In this document: piece by piece, positions 39,797 to 52,651 of the stretch
Layout: each line of letters begins with the position of its first letter
How positions within the stretch are numbered: position 1 is the stretch's first letter
Assembly (NCBI GenBank): GCA_964016885.1
Contig: OZ024743.1
Coordinates: 11,036,001-11,100,000, forward strand
Reading direction: 5' to 3'
Origin: Eledone cirrhosa
Lineage: Eukaryota
DNA length: 64,000 nucleotides
The notes under the pieces: generated by a model
Databases searched by the model: none
Told to the model about the DNA's origin: nothing
Seen by the model: the letters and a program-made list of their open reading frames with translations, nothing else
Program-made: the position numbers and the translations under genes

Positions 39797-39994
39797 CGTA
39801 AACCAAAATCTCAATTTGTGGCGATATAAGCTAGACCGACTAAAATAAGTCAGTTTTATTGAGATTTTGGCTTACATTAAATATATTTTATTACTTCTCT
39901 GAGTAGATAATTTATTAATATATCTTATCCTTTCATTGAGATGTCTACGTATTAGAGACAGTTAACTTTATAAATTAATATATATACATAGTTG

Positions 39995-40037
<43 letters not shown>

Positions 40038-40636
40038 TATATATATATAAAGTAGAATGTGCATCGGTGTGGCAGTGGATGCGGACTCATGAGTACATAA
40101 CTAAATGTATATGTACTACGAGAATACCGCTCTCAGTTATATAATACACGCCCAACCCCAATTACACACACATACACACACACACTCATATATATATATA
40201 CATATATATAAACATTATCTCGTGTTTTAATATAATGGACTACGTTGACCAATGTTTCCTTTCCTAATTTTAGACTCTTGTGAAAGATTCTAGGGTAATT
40301 TGGCTTCTATTTCTTACAAGCGGGGCAGCCACGCAGATGAAATCCTTGCTTGGTGCATAGTTCATGTTTAATTTTAAATCCGTTCTCAACACACGGACCT
40401 ATAATGGAAAATATTCCAATCACCATCAGCCTTCATTTAAGAGAATTGTGTGTGGTGTGAGGGCTAGTTGGCTGCTAATTCCAGCAACTTGGGTGACAAT
40501 GGTGAAGCACCTTCGTTGAACGCTGAAGCTAGTCTTCAAGCAATGACGTAAGCATACATAGTAGGAAGAGATTGCTAGGCATCTTTGCAGCAGGCTGACT
40601 TGATGAGACTCTCGTCTAACAAAAAGCAGCCCTTTA

Positions 40637-40722
<86 letters not shown>

Positions 40723-41167
40723 CTCTCTCTGTATCTCCCACATTCTTGCCTCCTTCGACTTTCTATTTCATTCCCTCACCGAGGTGGTTGGCATAATAAG
40801 CAGAGTGATAAATGGGTTAGTTCTCTTTCATTACCTCAAAGAGATGCTTGGTATGAGAAGCGTTGTGACCTATGAGTAAATTAGGAAAGGTGTGATAGAG
40901 AAAGGACAGGTCCTCTTTCGTTTACATATATAGATATGTTTACATAAGCTTTATTATAATATAGATTTCGGTTGATACTGTTTCATCATCTCAGAATAAG
41001 GAGTTGGAAGTTTGGGCTCTATTTTGTCCTTCATACTCACGCATACTCTCTCACAAACACATATATGATCAGAGTAGATGAGATTTTCCGTCGAAAACAA
41101 TTGCTTTAACCTCTCGGTGACGTTTATTAAACTCTCTCTCTCTCTCTATTATATATATATATATATA

Positions 41168-41377
<210 letters not shown>

Positions 41378-41395
41378 TATTTTTATATATATATA

Positions 41396-41437
<42 letters not shown>

Positions 41438-41450
41438 TTAGAAATACTAC

Positions 41451-41564
41451 AATGATGCTATTAGTAAAATACTCAAGTTCCGTGAGCCTTACGCCAACCC
41501 CCCTAGTCTTCCATGGGTTGTCGTAAGGCTAACGAAATTTGAGTATTTGCCTAATGTTATCGTT
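41451..41564. repeat. Long imperfect hairpin next to (TA)n
   Basis: ~50-nt arms around the loop CCCTAGTCTTCCAT. Confidence 0.8.
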
Positions 41565-42399
41565 ATAGTTATAGACCCTATAAAATGTGGGCTAAACACC
41601 TAAAGTCTCTTCAAACTTCTACTAATACAGCAACACTAATAATTACAACAGTATTAAGAAAAAAGGCAGAGATTCAAGCATATATGATTTCTTATAGAAA
41701 TACAACTATGACATTTTTGAAAGAGTGTGTACCAAAGGTGTAAACTAAAGTTGCATGCCATGGGTACATGTCAAGGATACATGGCAAGGGTGAATTACAA
41801 GGGTGCATGCTAAAGATGAGAAATTTCAATTTAGAATTGTTTTAAACTATACCTTACGGTTTGAACGTATATGTACCTGTAGATTGGAATGCAGAAGCAA
41901 AGCCAGTTATTGTAGTTGGAAATGAAATGGAAGAACTTAACATAAAATATATAAAGGAATTATAAAGTTACTAAAGTTGTTTAGCTCCATATAAACCTGG
42001 ATTATGCAAACCTATGATTAAAGAAATCGCACCCTGTTACACCTTAAACCTTTCTATATTTAGGAGAGTAGCGTTAATATTTGAGAATCTACCTGCTATT
42101 TCTAGTGAAGAAATTGACTGCGAGGAGGCTATCTTGTAATTGTAATTTTGAATAATGAATATATGTGTTTCGCAATTGTATTGCTTGGCAAGTGATTTAA
42201 TATAAGACCGTGTGTTGAAGTATAGGAGTATCTTAAAAAAACGATAGCGGTATATAGTCTTGAGAAAGAAAGAGAAGTGGGGAGAGAGAACAAATGAAAG
42301 AGAGAAAGAGAAATGGAGAGAGAGCAAATGAGAGAGAAAGAGAAATGAGGAGAGAGAGAAAATGAGAGTGAGGAAGAGAAGTGGGGAGAAAGAGAGAGC

Positions 42400-42475
<76 letters not shown>

Positions 42476-42772
42476 CGGGGAAAAGATGACATATAAAAAG
42501 GGAAAGAATTACAGAGAGAAAAGAAGGGAGAAGGGAAAATGAGGAGAAAATTCAATTAAAAAATGAATATAGTGTTAGCTATAAAACTCAGATCATGAAG
42601 ATAAGTTATGTCTTCAATTTAGATGTATGTTTAAACATTCAATATGAAAAGGTAATTTGTAGTTTTTATCTGTAACAAATTGAGCTTGATGTGATTTTGT
42701 CTTCTGTTAAATTTAGTGATTTATCCAAAGATACCGCATGGTAGACACATGCCCGCTGTAAAATATAAACAA

Positions 42773-43234
42773 AATAATAATGATTTCTTTATTAGCCACA
42801 CAGGGCTCATATTAAGGAAACATTAAAGACGGTACAGGACGATACAGTATGGGTTTTTTCTTTGTGTAAAATAAAATTTATAAAAGAGACTAAGAAAATA
42901 AACATTTAAAACAAACATAACTTCCCCAAATTTGAGGGGACTCTAAAGGACACACGTGTAGAAATCCCAGAAAAGTCCCGGTTACCCTGTCCACCAGGAC
43001 AAAGTGCCTTCTCCCAGTTGTTCTCCTCCAATCTTCAGGCGTATGCTCGCCACTCTCACCAACCTTTCAGCAAACTGGTTGGAAGACAGCACTTCCCTTT
43101 CCACCCTGATCTTCCTCTTCAAGTAAAATCTAAAAAAGTTAATCAGGGCTTCGCCAAAGAGGAAGATAGCTGTCGCCAACCGTTTCAAATGCGTCCACCA
43201 CACGACCTCTTTCGCCATGGCCACCATGCAGATA

Positions 43235-43235
<1 letters not shown>
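42773..43235 (-). mobile_element. 5'-truncated Tx1-like LINE 3' end
   Basis: FICMVAMAKEVVWWT...LKRKIRVEREVL, 3' UTR, tail GAAATCATTATTATT. Confidence 0.9.
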
Positions 43236-43266
<31 letters not shown>

Positions 43267-43479
43267 TTTCTTTATTAACCACAAGGGTTTACATAAAGTA
43301 GACATTAAGGACCGTACAGGACAATACAGGAGGGTACAAATGGGCATTTCTGCGTGTAAAAAGGGGGAGACTTCCGAGGGACGTTTGTGGAGAAAGCCCA
43401 TTAAGAAGCCACAGTGTCCCTGACCACCAGGGCAAGTGCCCTCTCCCAGTTTTCCACCTTTAATTTACAGACACATACT

Positions 43480-46400
43480 CAGAGTAGGCTCATTCACTCG
43501 GGCCACTCTTGCCTCTCTCACTCATCTTTCAACAAAATGCTGGGAAGAGAGCACTTTCCTCTCTACCCTGATTTTCCTTTTCAAATGAAATTTGAAAAAG
43601 TTAATCAGGGCATCACCGAAGAGGTAAGTGCTCGTCTTCAGCCCTTTCAAACGTGTCCACCATACTATCTCTTTCGCCACGGCCACCAGACAGATAAAAG
43701 CTGCCTGCCCTTCCCGGCTAAAGGAAGAGGGCGGGGCAATCCTCACGATGGACTCAGCTGATAGCTGGATCCGTCCTACACGCGACAGCAGGTGTTCGAC
43801 ATAAACCCACAAGTCAGCAATGCTCGGACACTGGACGAGTGCGTGCAGGACGGTTTCATCGCCCTGCGCGCATCTCGGACATGCCTGGCTGAAGGCACAT
43901 CCATGCCTGTAGAGTTTATCCCGAACTGGCAAAGCTCCTCGGTAGCACTGCCAGGCCAGGGATTTCTGGAAGTTGTCCATAGGCCCCGGCCCGAAAGTCC
44001 TTCCTAAGAGATTGGCTAGTTGATTTTCGTCGACGCCTAGAGTTTCTCCAAGTACGTCGTCGTTTTTCCCCTCCACTAATCCTCTATAGAACGCCAATGT
44101 GGAGTTTCTACAATCACATTGTGCGATTGGTCGAGGGCTGTGAGCGCCTGAAGACATTCCAGTCTCCAAGCGCTCCCTCTCGGTCTTCGCTTGACCCGGG
44201 ACTGCAGCTCCGTCAAGGAGACGAGCTGGGGAAAGACGCGTCTAGCAAACGGCGACCACACCTGATCACCGTCGAGGAAAAGGTGGAGATGTCGTAGCCT
44301 GAGCGCGTGTCTGCGCATCATCAGCCACGGCATTCCCAGCCCTCCACGTAGCAGGTGTTGACAGTAGATGGACCGCCTGATTATCGGAGCGCGTCCCTTC
44401 CACAAAAAGCGAAAGAGCAAACGCTCCAGCGCAGTCAGGCGGGGCTTAGGACAAGGTACGACGGTCAGGCGGTAGTAGATGACGGACGCAATGTACGCGT
44501 TAGCCACCTCCGCTCGACCTTTCAGGGATAGCCTTCTCTCCGCCCATTTCTGGGTGAGAGAAGCCACCCTGCACGTCACCTCGTCCCAGTTTTTGTCCGT
44601 CTGGAGGTCCGGACCGAACCAGACCACTAGCAATTTAACCGGTCCGTCCGTCCAGCTCCCGACGACGCTGTTGGACGGCATGGACCTGCCTCTCCAGGTG
44701 CCGAGCTGCAGGCCCACTGACTTTTCCTGGTTGATCATTTCTCCTGTCACCGCTTCGTATTCTCTTAGTGTAGTGCCGATCGCCTCGATGTGTTTGGCGT
44801 TCGACACCACTACGGTGACATCGTCCGCATATGCTGACACGTATCTTCCGCATCCTAGTTCACGCGGGACCCCTCTCAACGTCTCCAGTTTGTGCAGTAA
44901 TGGCTCGAGAGTCAATACGTACAAGAGGGACGAGAGGGGACATCCTTGGCGGACCGAGCGCATGATGTTGAACGGTTCCGAAAGGTGACAATTCACTCTC
45001 ACCACAGAGCAGATGTCGCCGTGCATGGCAGCGATCCAGCCTCTGAAGACGGGCCCAAAGCCAGCCGCCCTCAGGACTGCCGCTAGGTTACGATGGTCGA
45101 CCCTATCGAAAGCTTTCGACTGATCTAAATTGATCAAGGACCCACCCGTGCCAGGTTCCCTAGCTACCCTCTCTACGGTGTATCGCATGAGGTGGAGGTT
45201 GTCGTGGATGGATCTGTCGGGAATGGCGCATGTCTGCGCCTCTCCCACCAGACCACCAACAACAAGCGCCAACCTCTTTGCTAGCACCTTGGCCAAAATC
45301 TTGAACTCTGTGTTTAGCAGAGTTATGGGCCCGTTCTGTTGCCAGTTGCAGAGACGTCCGACAAGAGGCCTCCGAACAAGTCTGGCATCTGTACGTAAAG
45401 TTCATAGGGCAGACCATCCAAACCAGGCGATTTACCCCTTGTGCAGCCAGTCATTGCCTCCCGTACTTCAGCGGCTGTTATCGGCTTTTCGCAACACTCC
45501 GCTTCAGTGGTCGAGAGCCGCGGCAGTCCGTCGACGTAGACACTAAAGTCCATCCCTCAATTCGGCCCGCCGCTTCCCCCTAACAACTGTGCGAAGTGTC
45601 GCTGAAAAGCTTCACACATTTGCCCGGGATCGAGTAGCATGCGCCCGTCGTGGTCCACCAAAGACCGGATCGTGGCTTTGTTGCCACGACGCGCCTCCGC
45701 CACTCGGGCCCATTGAACGGCTTTCGTCTCCTCGTGTCTGAGAGCACGCACCCTAGCTCTGACAACGCAGCCTTTGTGCTTTGCATTGAAGAATTGGTCA
45801 AGGGCCAATTTCGCCGCAAGTACGTCGGTCGCGATGCCTTTGCTAAGCGCCTCGTCTAATTTTCTAACTAGTTCTACCTCTGCTCTATTTTTCTCTATTG
45901 CTAAAGCCTTACTAAACCTAATGGACTCTATTCTAATCGCTCTTTTCGGAGCAAACCACCGCTTGTTGTTGACGATGGCCCCCGTCAACGCCTGCTTAAC
46001 TAGTTCGCTAATCCGGTTTAGCTTCCAGTAGCCGGGTCCTCGTCTATGAAGCCTATCTAAGTCAAGCACACAAATCACAAATTTGTGGTCCGTGTAGCTG
46101 ACTATCTTGAATTGTGGACAGCCTATGCTAGGCCTATCAAATACTCTATCTAGATATGATCTGGATGACCCTATGCGATTTGTGCAAGTCCACATTGGCA
46201 CATTCGGGAAATCCAATCGGTACCTGTCAGACAGTTCAAAACCCCTGAGCAGGTTGGTGAGGCTCTTGAACCCTGCTCCCCTATCCGCTAATCCCAGTCC
46301 CAGCGTGCATCTAAGATCCCGTTCCAGTCGCCCATTAACACTAAAGAGCGGGACGTTCCAAGAAAGGTCTCCAGACGCCGGAAGAAATCAGGCCGCCCTG

Positions 46401-46749
46401 CTCCTGTCGGGGCATAGACGGCCACTAGCCAAAAAGCTTGCCCGTCTCCGCTGGTCACGTCCATCACCACCAACTTACCCTCTGGGTCCAGGAAGATGGC
46501 CCGTATGGCGAGATCCAAACCTCTCCGAAAAAGCACAGCAACTCCTCCCCCCGATCCAGGACGGCTGGGAGATGCGTACACATCGTAGCCGCCGAAGATC
46601 GGGGCGAAGGCTCGTGCTTCGGAGATTCTGGTCTTGCTGATGGCCACTACATCTATGTTTAGTGACCTGAGGTCGTTGATCAGGTGGCCCTGCTTCCATG
46701 ATGACCCCAAGCGACGCGCATTTATGCTGCCTATTCTGAGTGAGGTCAT
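43480..46749 (-). pseudogene. LINE B ORF2 (endonuclease, RT, zinc finger), several frameshifts and deletions
   Basis: MTSLRIGSINAR, GDWN, YTDH, KAFDRV, RQGCPLS, AYADD, CPRC..DETVLHALVQC; ~28 codons lost at ~45330. Confidence 0.93.
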
Positions 46750-46783
46750 GTTGAAATGGAGTGGAAAAGATGGGAAAGACCAC

Positions 46784-48558
46784 TTACCTTACTTCTCGTA
46801 GAGGAAGGATGGTTTCTCCATCCTTTTCACTGCTTCTGGCCTCCTCCGGAAGGATGTCCTTATAAATCCTCCTGGAGAGTGCTTGTCGGAAGTCTCCGAT
46901 GTCTTTGGGGAATTTTGTTTTAGTGTCGTGTACGTTTTCTGTGTGATGCGAGTAATTTGTATGTGTGGAGGTGGTGTGAACTTTTGGGTTGTTGTGTAGT
47001 CTTTTTTTGTGATGCTGGTGTTGTGTTGGATGTAGTGTAATAATTGGTTGTTGTTCAAATTTATTGCTGTGTAGTGTGTATCGTTTTGGTTGTTTCGTTT
47101 TGTTTACGTTTGTTGTGGGTTTGTTTCTGTTTCGCTTTTTTGTGACTTTTGTGGTGTAGGTGATGGTGGTGTTGGGGTTAATGATGGTGATGGTGTTGGT
47201 GTTTGTGGTGATGGGGTTGGTCATGCTGGTGTGGATGGTGGCATAGCTGTCCTAACTTTTTTGTTTGATAGTTTATTTGTTTCCCTCTGTATTTTGTTTT
47301 TGGAGGGGGAAGGAAGGGGATTTTTTTCTTTTTTGGTTTCTTTTTCTTTCTTTCTTTTTTTCTGATACCGTTTCCCACTCCTCGTCGTCACAATCTGTCT
47401 CCAGTTGCGATAGGTCGGGGAGTAGAAAATTCTCCAGAGGCGTTGGTTTTGGTTGTGGCGTGGTGGATAGTGTAGGCGCTGGTGCTAGTCCTGGCACTTG
47501 GGTGGTGGTGGTGTTGGTTTTGCTACTGTTGCTGGGGTTGTTGCTGTTACAGTTGCTTCTTTTGTTTCTGCTACAGTTGTTGCTGCCATTTCTGCTGCTG
47601 ATGGTGTTGATGGTTGAGTCACTGGGGTGGGTAAGAGAGGTGGCCTCAACCTTTTAGCCTGAGGGCAGAAAGCCCTTAGGTAGGTTCCTTCACCACAAAC
47701 GACACACCTAGGCCTTCTGCCCTCGACGATTACGGTGAGGTGGCTGCCGTCAGTGAGGTCTATTACCTCTGGGATCTCCTCAATGCTTTTTTGGTCCGCT
47801 TGGATCAGGTGCTCCATCCCAGATCCGGACCAGTTCTCCTGCTTTTCTTTCGCTATTTCGATTATCTTGGTGTTGGCTTCGATGCCGGCGAGGACGGCAG
47901 CCATTAGCCAGGGAATTTCGATGGCCGGTGGAACGTGGGTCACCCTGATCTTCACGAGTCTCTGGCCACAATAGCTTGGGACGAGTGTGAAGTCGTCACT
48001 TCTTAATGGGGCCATGGAGTGTTCTCTGGCCTCCTGTGATGTTGCAAAGAACACGTCCACGGTTCTATATTTCTCCCCACGTCTGATGTGGGTTTTTTTT
48101 GCCCACACATGTCCCAAAGCTTTTTGGATTTGGGACTCTGATGCCCGTTCCACTCGGCGCGATTTTATGTTAATCGTCCGATAAGACACGGTGCATAGGC
48201 GCCGATGCTCCATTTTATTAGGTGGGGGGGGGGGTTAGGCTGACCCTGTACCCATCTTTCTTTACCATTTTTTTGGCTTCTAATTCCTCCTGAGTTACCT
48301 GGAATGTTTCGCACTTTTTTGCTACTCAGGCAAAAGAAAAGGTTGTTTTCTTAATTTCATTGTTGCTGTTGTTGTTATCGTTATTTTTGTTATTGGTAAT
48401 TTTAGTTTCAGTTGTGGTGGGGGTGGCGTCAGTGGTGTTCGGTGTGGAAGAGTTCATTTTGGCTGAATTCGTTTCGATATCACGAGATAATTTTTTTCTT
48501 TTGTTTCTGTTGTCGCTGTGGTGGTGGTGGGGGTGGCGGCTTCAACACCTGCAGTCAT
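46784..48558 (-). pseudogene. LINE B ORF1, frameshifted
   Basis: VEGRRPRCVVCGEGTYLRAFCP knuckle remnant, acidic then basic patch, Thr/Asn-rich regions; start codon uncertain. Confidence 0.75.
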
Positions 48559-49222
48559 TGGTAATGGCGGGAAATGAATGTCTGCCTGAGACAAATTTAA
48601 AATATTGCTACTGCTTATATTTTTAGTGTTGGCAAACGTAGTAATATTTACAATGGTGGTGTCGGTGTGAGGTGTTAGTTTGCGAGGAAGGCTCTCAGCT
48701 ACTGGGTTCAGCTGTGAGTCGGCTATGATTTTTCAAAGAAATTTTTTTTTTTTTTGATAATTATAAAAGTTTAAATTTTGGGCTCAAGGCCCCAATCTTT
48801 TTGAGTGTCCTTTTCAGAAAACAATGTATGTGCACTTATATACAGTTAACAATAAACATTTTCCAATAATGGCAATTTTAAACAACTGAAAATAACAAAC
48901 CTTTGCGGAGCTCACGCTAATACGATTTAATAATGATAATAATAATGATTTCATTTATTGGCCACAAGGGCCGGCATATAGGGGACAATACAAAAGACTG
49001 GGGCAGTGGGGTTTTACAGAAAAATCGAGTAAACAATATGAATAACAATAACAAAATAACAATAACAAAATAACAATAAATAACAATAAAATTACAAGAA
49101 AAAATTCTCCAATAGGGGGAATGACCACCTAGGGTTCGCTCAGGTACCCCACCAGTCCTGAACGACCCGACGCTTCGAGAGCACCTTGGAAGGGCACCCC
49201 TCTCCTCCTCAAATTTACCTAC

Positions 49223-52200
49223 CTACAGCCGCATGACCAGAGTAGGCCCACTCACACAGGCCATTCTCGCCACATTCACCCACCTTTCAGCAAATGTAAT
49301 GGGGGGGGGCAGTACTTCTCTCTCCACCCTCACCTTTCTTTCCAAGTGAAACTTGAAAAAGTTGATGAGGGATTGACCGAAGAGAAATGTGTCTGTCTTC
49401 GGTCCTTTCAACCTCGTCCACCATACAACCTCTTTCGCTACTGCCACCAGACAGAGGAAAATTGCCTGCCCTTCCTGGCCAAAAGAAGTCGGCGGGTCGA
49501 TCTTCACTATGGACTCGGCCGATAGCCGGATCCGTTCTACACGCGACAACAGCTGTTCAACATAACTCCACAAGTCAATAATGCACGGACATTGGACGAG
49601 TGCGTGCAGAACGGTTTCGTCGCTCTGCGCGCATCTCTGACAGCACTTCCGTGCCTGTAGAGTTTATCTCGAACCGGCATTTCCCCCCGGTAGCACTGCC
49701 AAGCGAGGGATTTTTGGAAATTATCCATCGTCCCCGGCTCGAAAGTCCTCCGATACAGACTGGTTAGTTCGACTTCGTTGACTCCCACAGCTTCTCCGAG
49801 TGCGTCGTCGCACTTGCCCACCACTAATCCTCTATAGAACTCGAGAGTGGAAGTTCCACTGACCGCATTGCCCACCTGGTAGAGGGCAGTGAGTGCCTGG
49901 CAACATTCCAGATGCCAGTCACCCAGTCTCGGTCTCTTCTTGACCCAGGACTGCAGTTCGGTCAAAGAAACGAGCTGCGGAAAGACCCGTCTGACAAACG
50001 GCGACCACACCTGTCACCGTTTAGGCAGAATATCTGGAGATGCCGCAGCCTCAGCGCGTGCTTGCGCATCATTAGCCACGGCATGCCCAGCCCTCCACGT
50101 AGAGGGTGCTGGCAGCAGATGGACCGCCTTACCAGCGGAACCTGACCCCTCCACAAGAATTTGAAGAGGAGCCGCTCCAAAATGGCGAGGCGCGAACGGG
50201 GGCAAGGGACGACGGTCAGACGGTAGTAGATGACGGACGCGATGTACGTGTTCGCCACCTCCGCCCGATCTTTCAGTGATAGCTTCATCCCAGCCCATTT
50301 CTGGGTGAGACTGGCTACCCTGCCCGTCACCTCGTCCCAATTCCTATCCACCTGGAGGTCTGGCCCGAACCAAACCCCTAGCAACTTTACCGATCCGTCC
50401 GTCCGCTATTGGATAGCATGGACTTGCCTATCCAGGTGCCGAGTTGCAAGCCCACCGACTTTTCCGGGTTAAGTTTTGCTCCCGTCAACCTTTCATATTC
50501 CTCCAATAAGTTGCCGACCACCTCGATTTCTGAGGTGTCCGACACCATCACGGTGATGTCGTCCGCATAAGCCGACACAGCCTTTCCGCGTCCCGGTTCG
50601 AGCGGGATGCCCTGCAACAGCTCCAGCTTCCGCAGTAAAGGCACGAGAGTCAATACGTACAGAAGGGAGGAGAGAGGGCACCCTTGACGGACCGATCGGG
50701 AGACCTGGAACGGTTCCGAGAGGTGGCCATTAATTTTGACCATCGAGCAGGTGCCGCTGTGCATTGCAGCGATCCAGCTTCTGAAGACGCGGCCGAAGCC
50801 AGCCGCCTGAGGACAGCCTCCTGGTACCGATGGTTGACCCTATCGAATGCTTTCGATTGATCTAAATTGATCAGAGCCCCACCGAAGCCAGGTTTATACC
50901 CTACCCTCTCTATGATGTATCGCATTAGGTGGAGGTTGTCGTGTATGGACCTGGTTGGGATTGCGCAAGTTTGCGCCTCCCCAACCAAATCGCCGACGAC
51001 AAGCGCCAACCTCTTCGCTAACACCCTGGCCAAAATCTTAAACTCTGTGTTGAGCAGAGTTATGAGCCTGAAATTGTCTAACGTGTCCCTCTTGTTCTCG
51101 TCTTTCCTTATCAGCGTCACTACGCCCCGGCTCACAGAACTGGGAATACTCCCGTTTTACAGCCAGTTGCAGTAGAGGGCTTCGAGGAGATTGGAGAACA
51201 AGTCTGGCATATTTACGTAAAGCTCGTAGGGCAGACCATCCAAACCGGGTGACTTGCGCCTCATGCAGCCGACAAGGGCATCGTGAATCTCGGCTGAAGT
51301 AATTGGCCTTTCGCAGCGCCCAGCGTCAGCCGTCGAGAGTTGCGGCAAGCCATCGAGGTAGGGTCTGAAGTCCGCCACCATCTCTGACCCACCACTTCCA
51401 CCGAACAACCGAGCAAAATGTTGGCGAAAAGCCTCACACATCCTCTTGGAATCGCTCAGCTCGTGCCCATCTCGGTCCGTCAAAGACCGAATCGTGGTTT
51501 TATTACCACGCTGCGCCTCTGCCACGCGGGCCCATCGAACAGCTTTGGTTCCCTCGTTTCTCAGAGCACGCGCCTTAGCTCTGACAATGCAACCTTCGTG
51601 TTTCGCATTGAAGAAATGGTCTAATGCCATTCTCGCAGCTAGCACGTCAGTTGCAATGCCACTACCAATAGCCTCGTCTAACTTATCTTCCAACTCCCCC
51701 TCCTTTCTATTTTTCCCTAACGCTACTTCTTTGCTAAACTCTATCGACATTACTCTAATCTCTCTTTTGAGAGCCCCCCACCATCTATTGTTGACGACTC
51801 CCCCTGTCAACTTTTTCTTAACTAAATTGTTGACCTGGTCCCTGTAAGCCTTACGTGCCGGAAATGACATGTTTAGCTTCCAGTAACCAGGTCCTAACCT
51901 ACGCGTCTTATCTAGGTCGACCATACAGATCACAAACTTGTGATCTGAATAGGCGACCGTTTCAAAGCGTGGACAGCTTACACTATTTCTATCTATTTTC
52001 CTAATGAATATCCTGTCTATATACGATCTAGATGACCCTATGCGGTTAGCCCAGGTCCACACTGGCGCATTAGGGAAATCTAGTCGGTACCTGTCAGACA
52101 GTTGGAACTGGCTGAATAGGTTCTTGAGGCTTTTGCATCCCCCGCTCCTATCGGATACTCCCACACAGTCCCAGCATTCGTCTAAGATGCCGTTCCAGTC

Positions 52201-52620
52201 CCCCGCTAACAGTAAAGGGCGAGACGTAGCCAGAAAGGCTTCCAGGCGTCTAAAGAAGTCCGGCCGTCCTGCCCCAGTAGGAGCATAGACGGCCACCAGT
52301 CTAAAGGCACCACCTTCGTTATTGTTCACGTCCAGGACCACCAACTTCCCGTCCGGGTCCCGGAAGATCGACCTTACCTCGAGATCCAGGCCTTTTCTAA
52401 ACAGCACTGCCACCCCGCCTCCCATTCCCGGCCGGCTAACAGATGCAAAGATCTGATAGTCGTCGAAAATGGGGGATAGTGCGCGCGTGTCGGAAATCCT
52501 GGTCTCGCTGACGGCAATTACATCCATTTCTATAGACCTGAGGTTGTTGAGCAGGTGACCCTGCTTCCAGGACGATCCCAGGGCTCGAACATTTAAACAT
52601 CCTACTCTTAATACGGCCAT
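49223..52620 (-). pseudogene. LINE C ORF2 (endonuclease, RT, zinc finger), frameshifted
   Basis: MAVLRVGCLNVR, GDWN, YSDH, PGLDG, KAFDRV, RQGCPLS, AYADD in successive ORF pieces. Confidence 0.93.
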
Positions 52621-52651
52621 GTTGGCAGGTTAAAAAGAGAGAGAGGAAGGT

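Larger units (their letters stand above)
43235..48928 (-). mobile_element. Near full-length L1/Tx1-clade LINE (copy B), disrupted
   Basis: ORF1, ORF2 and 3' UTR ending AATAAAGAAATC(ATT)n. Confidence 0.93.

Noticed and set aside
40430-40620. RTE C-terminal remnant
   Set aside because: Similarity too weak to call by eye
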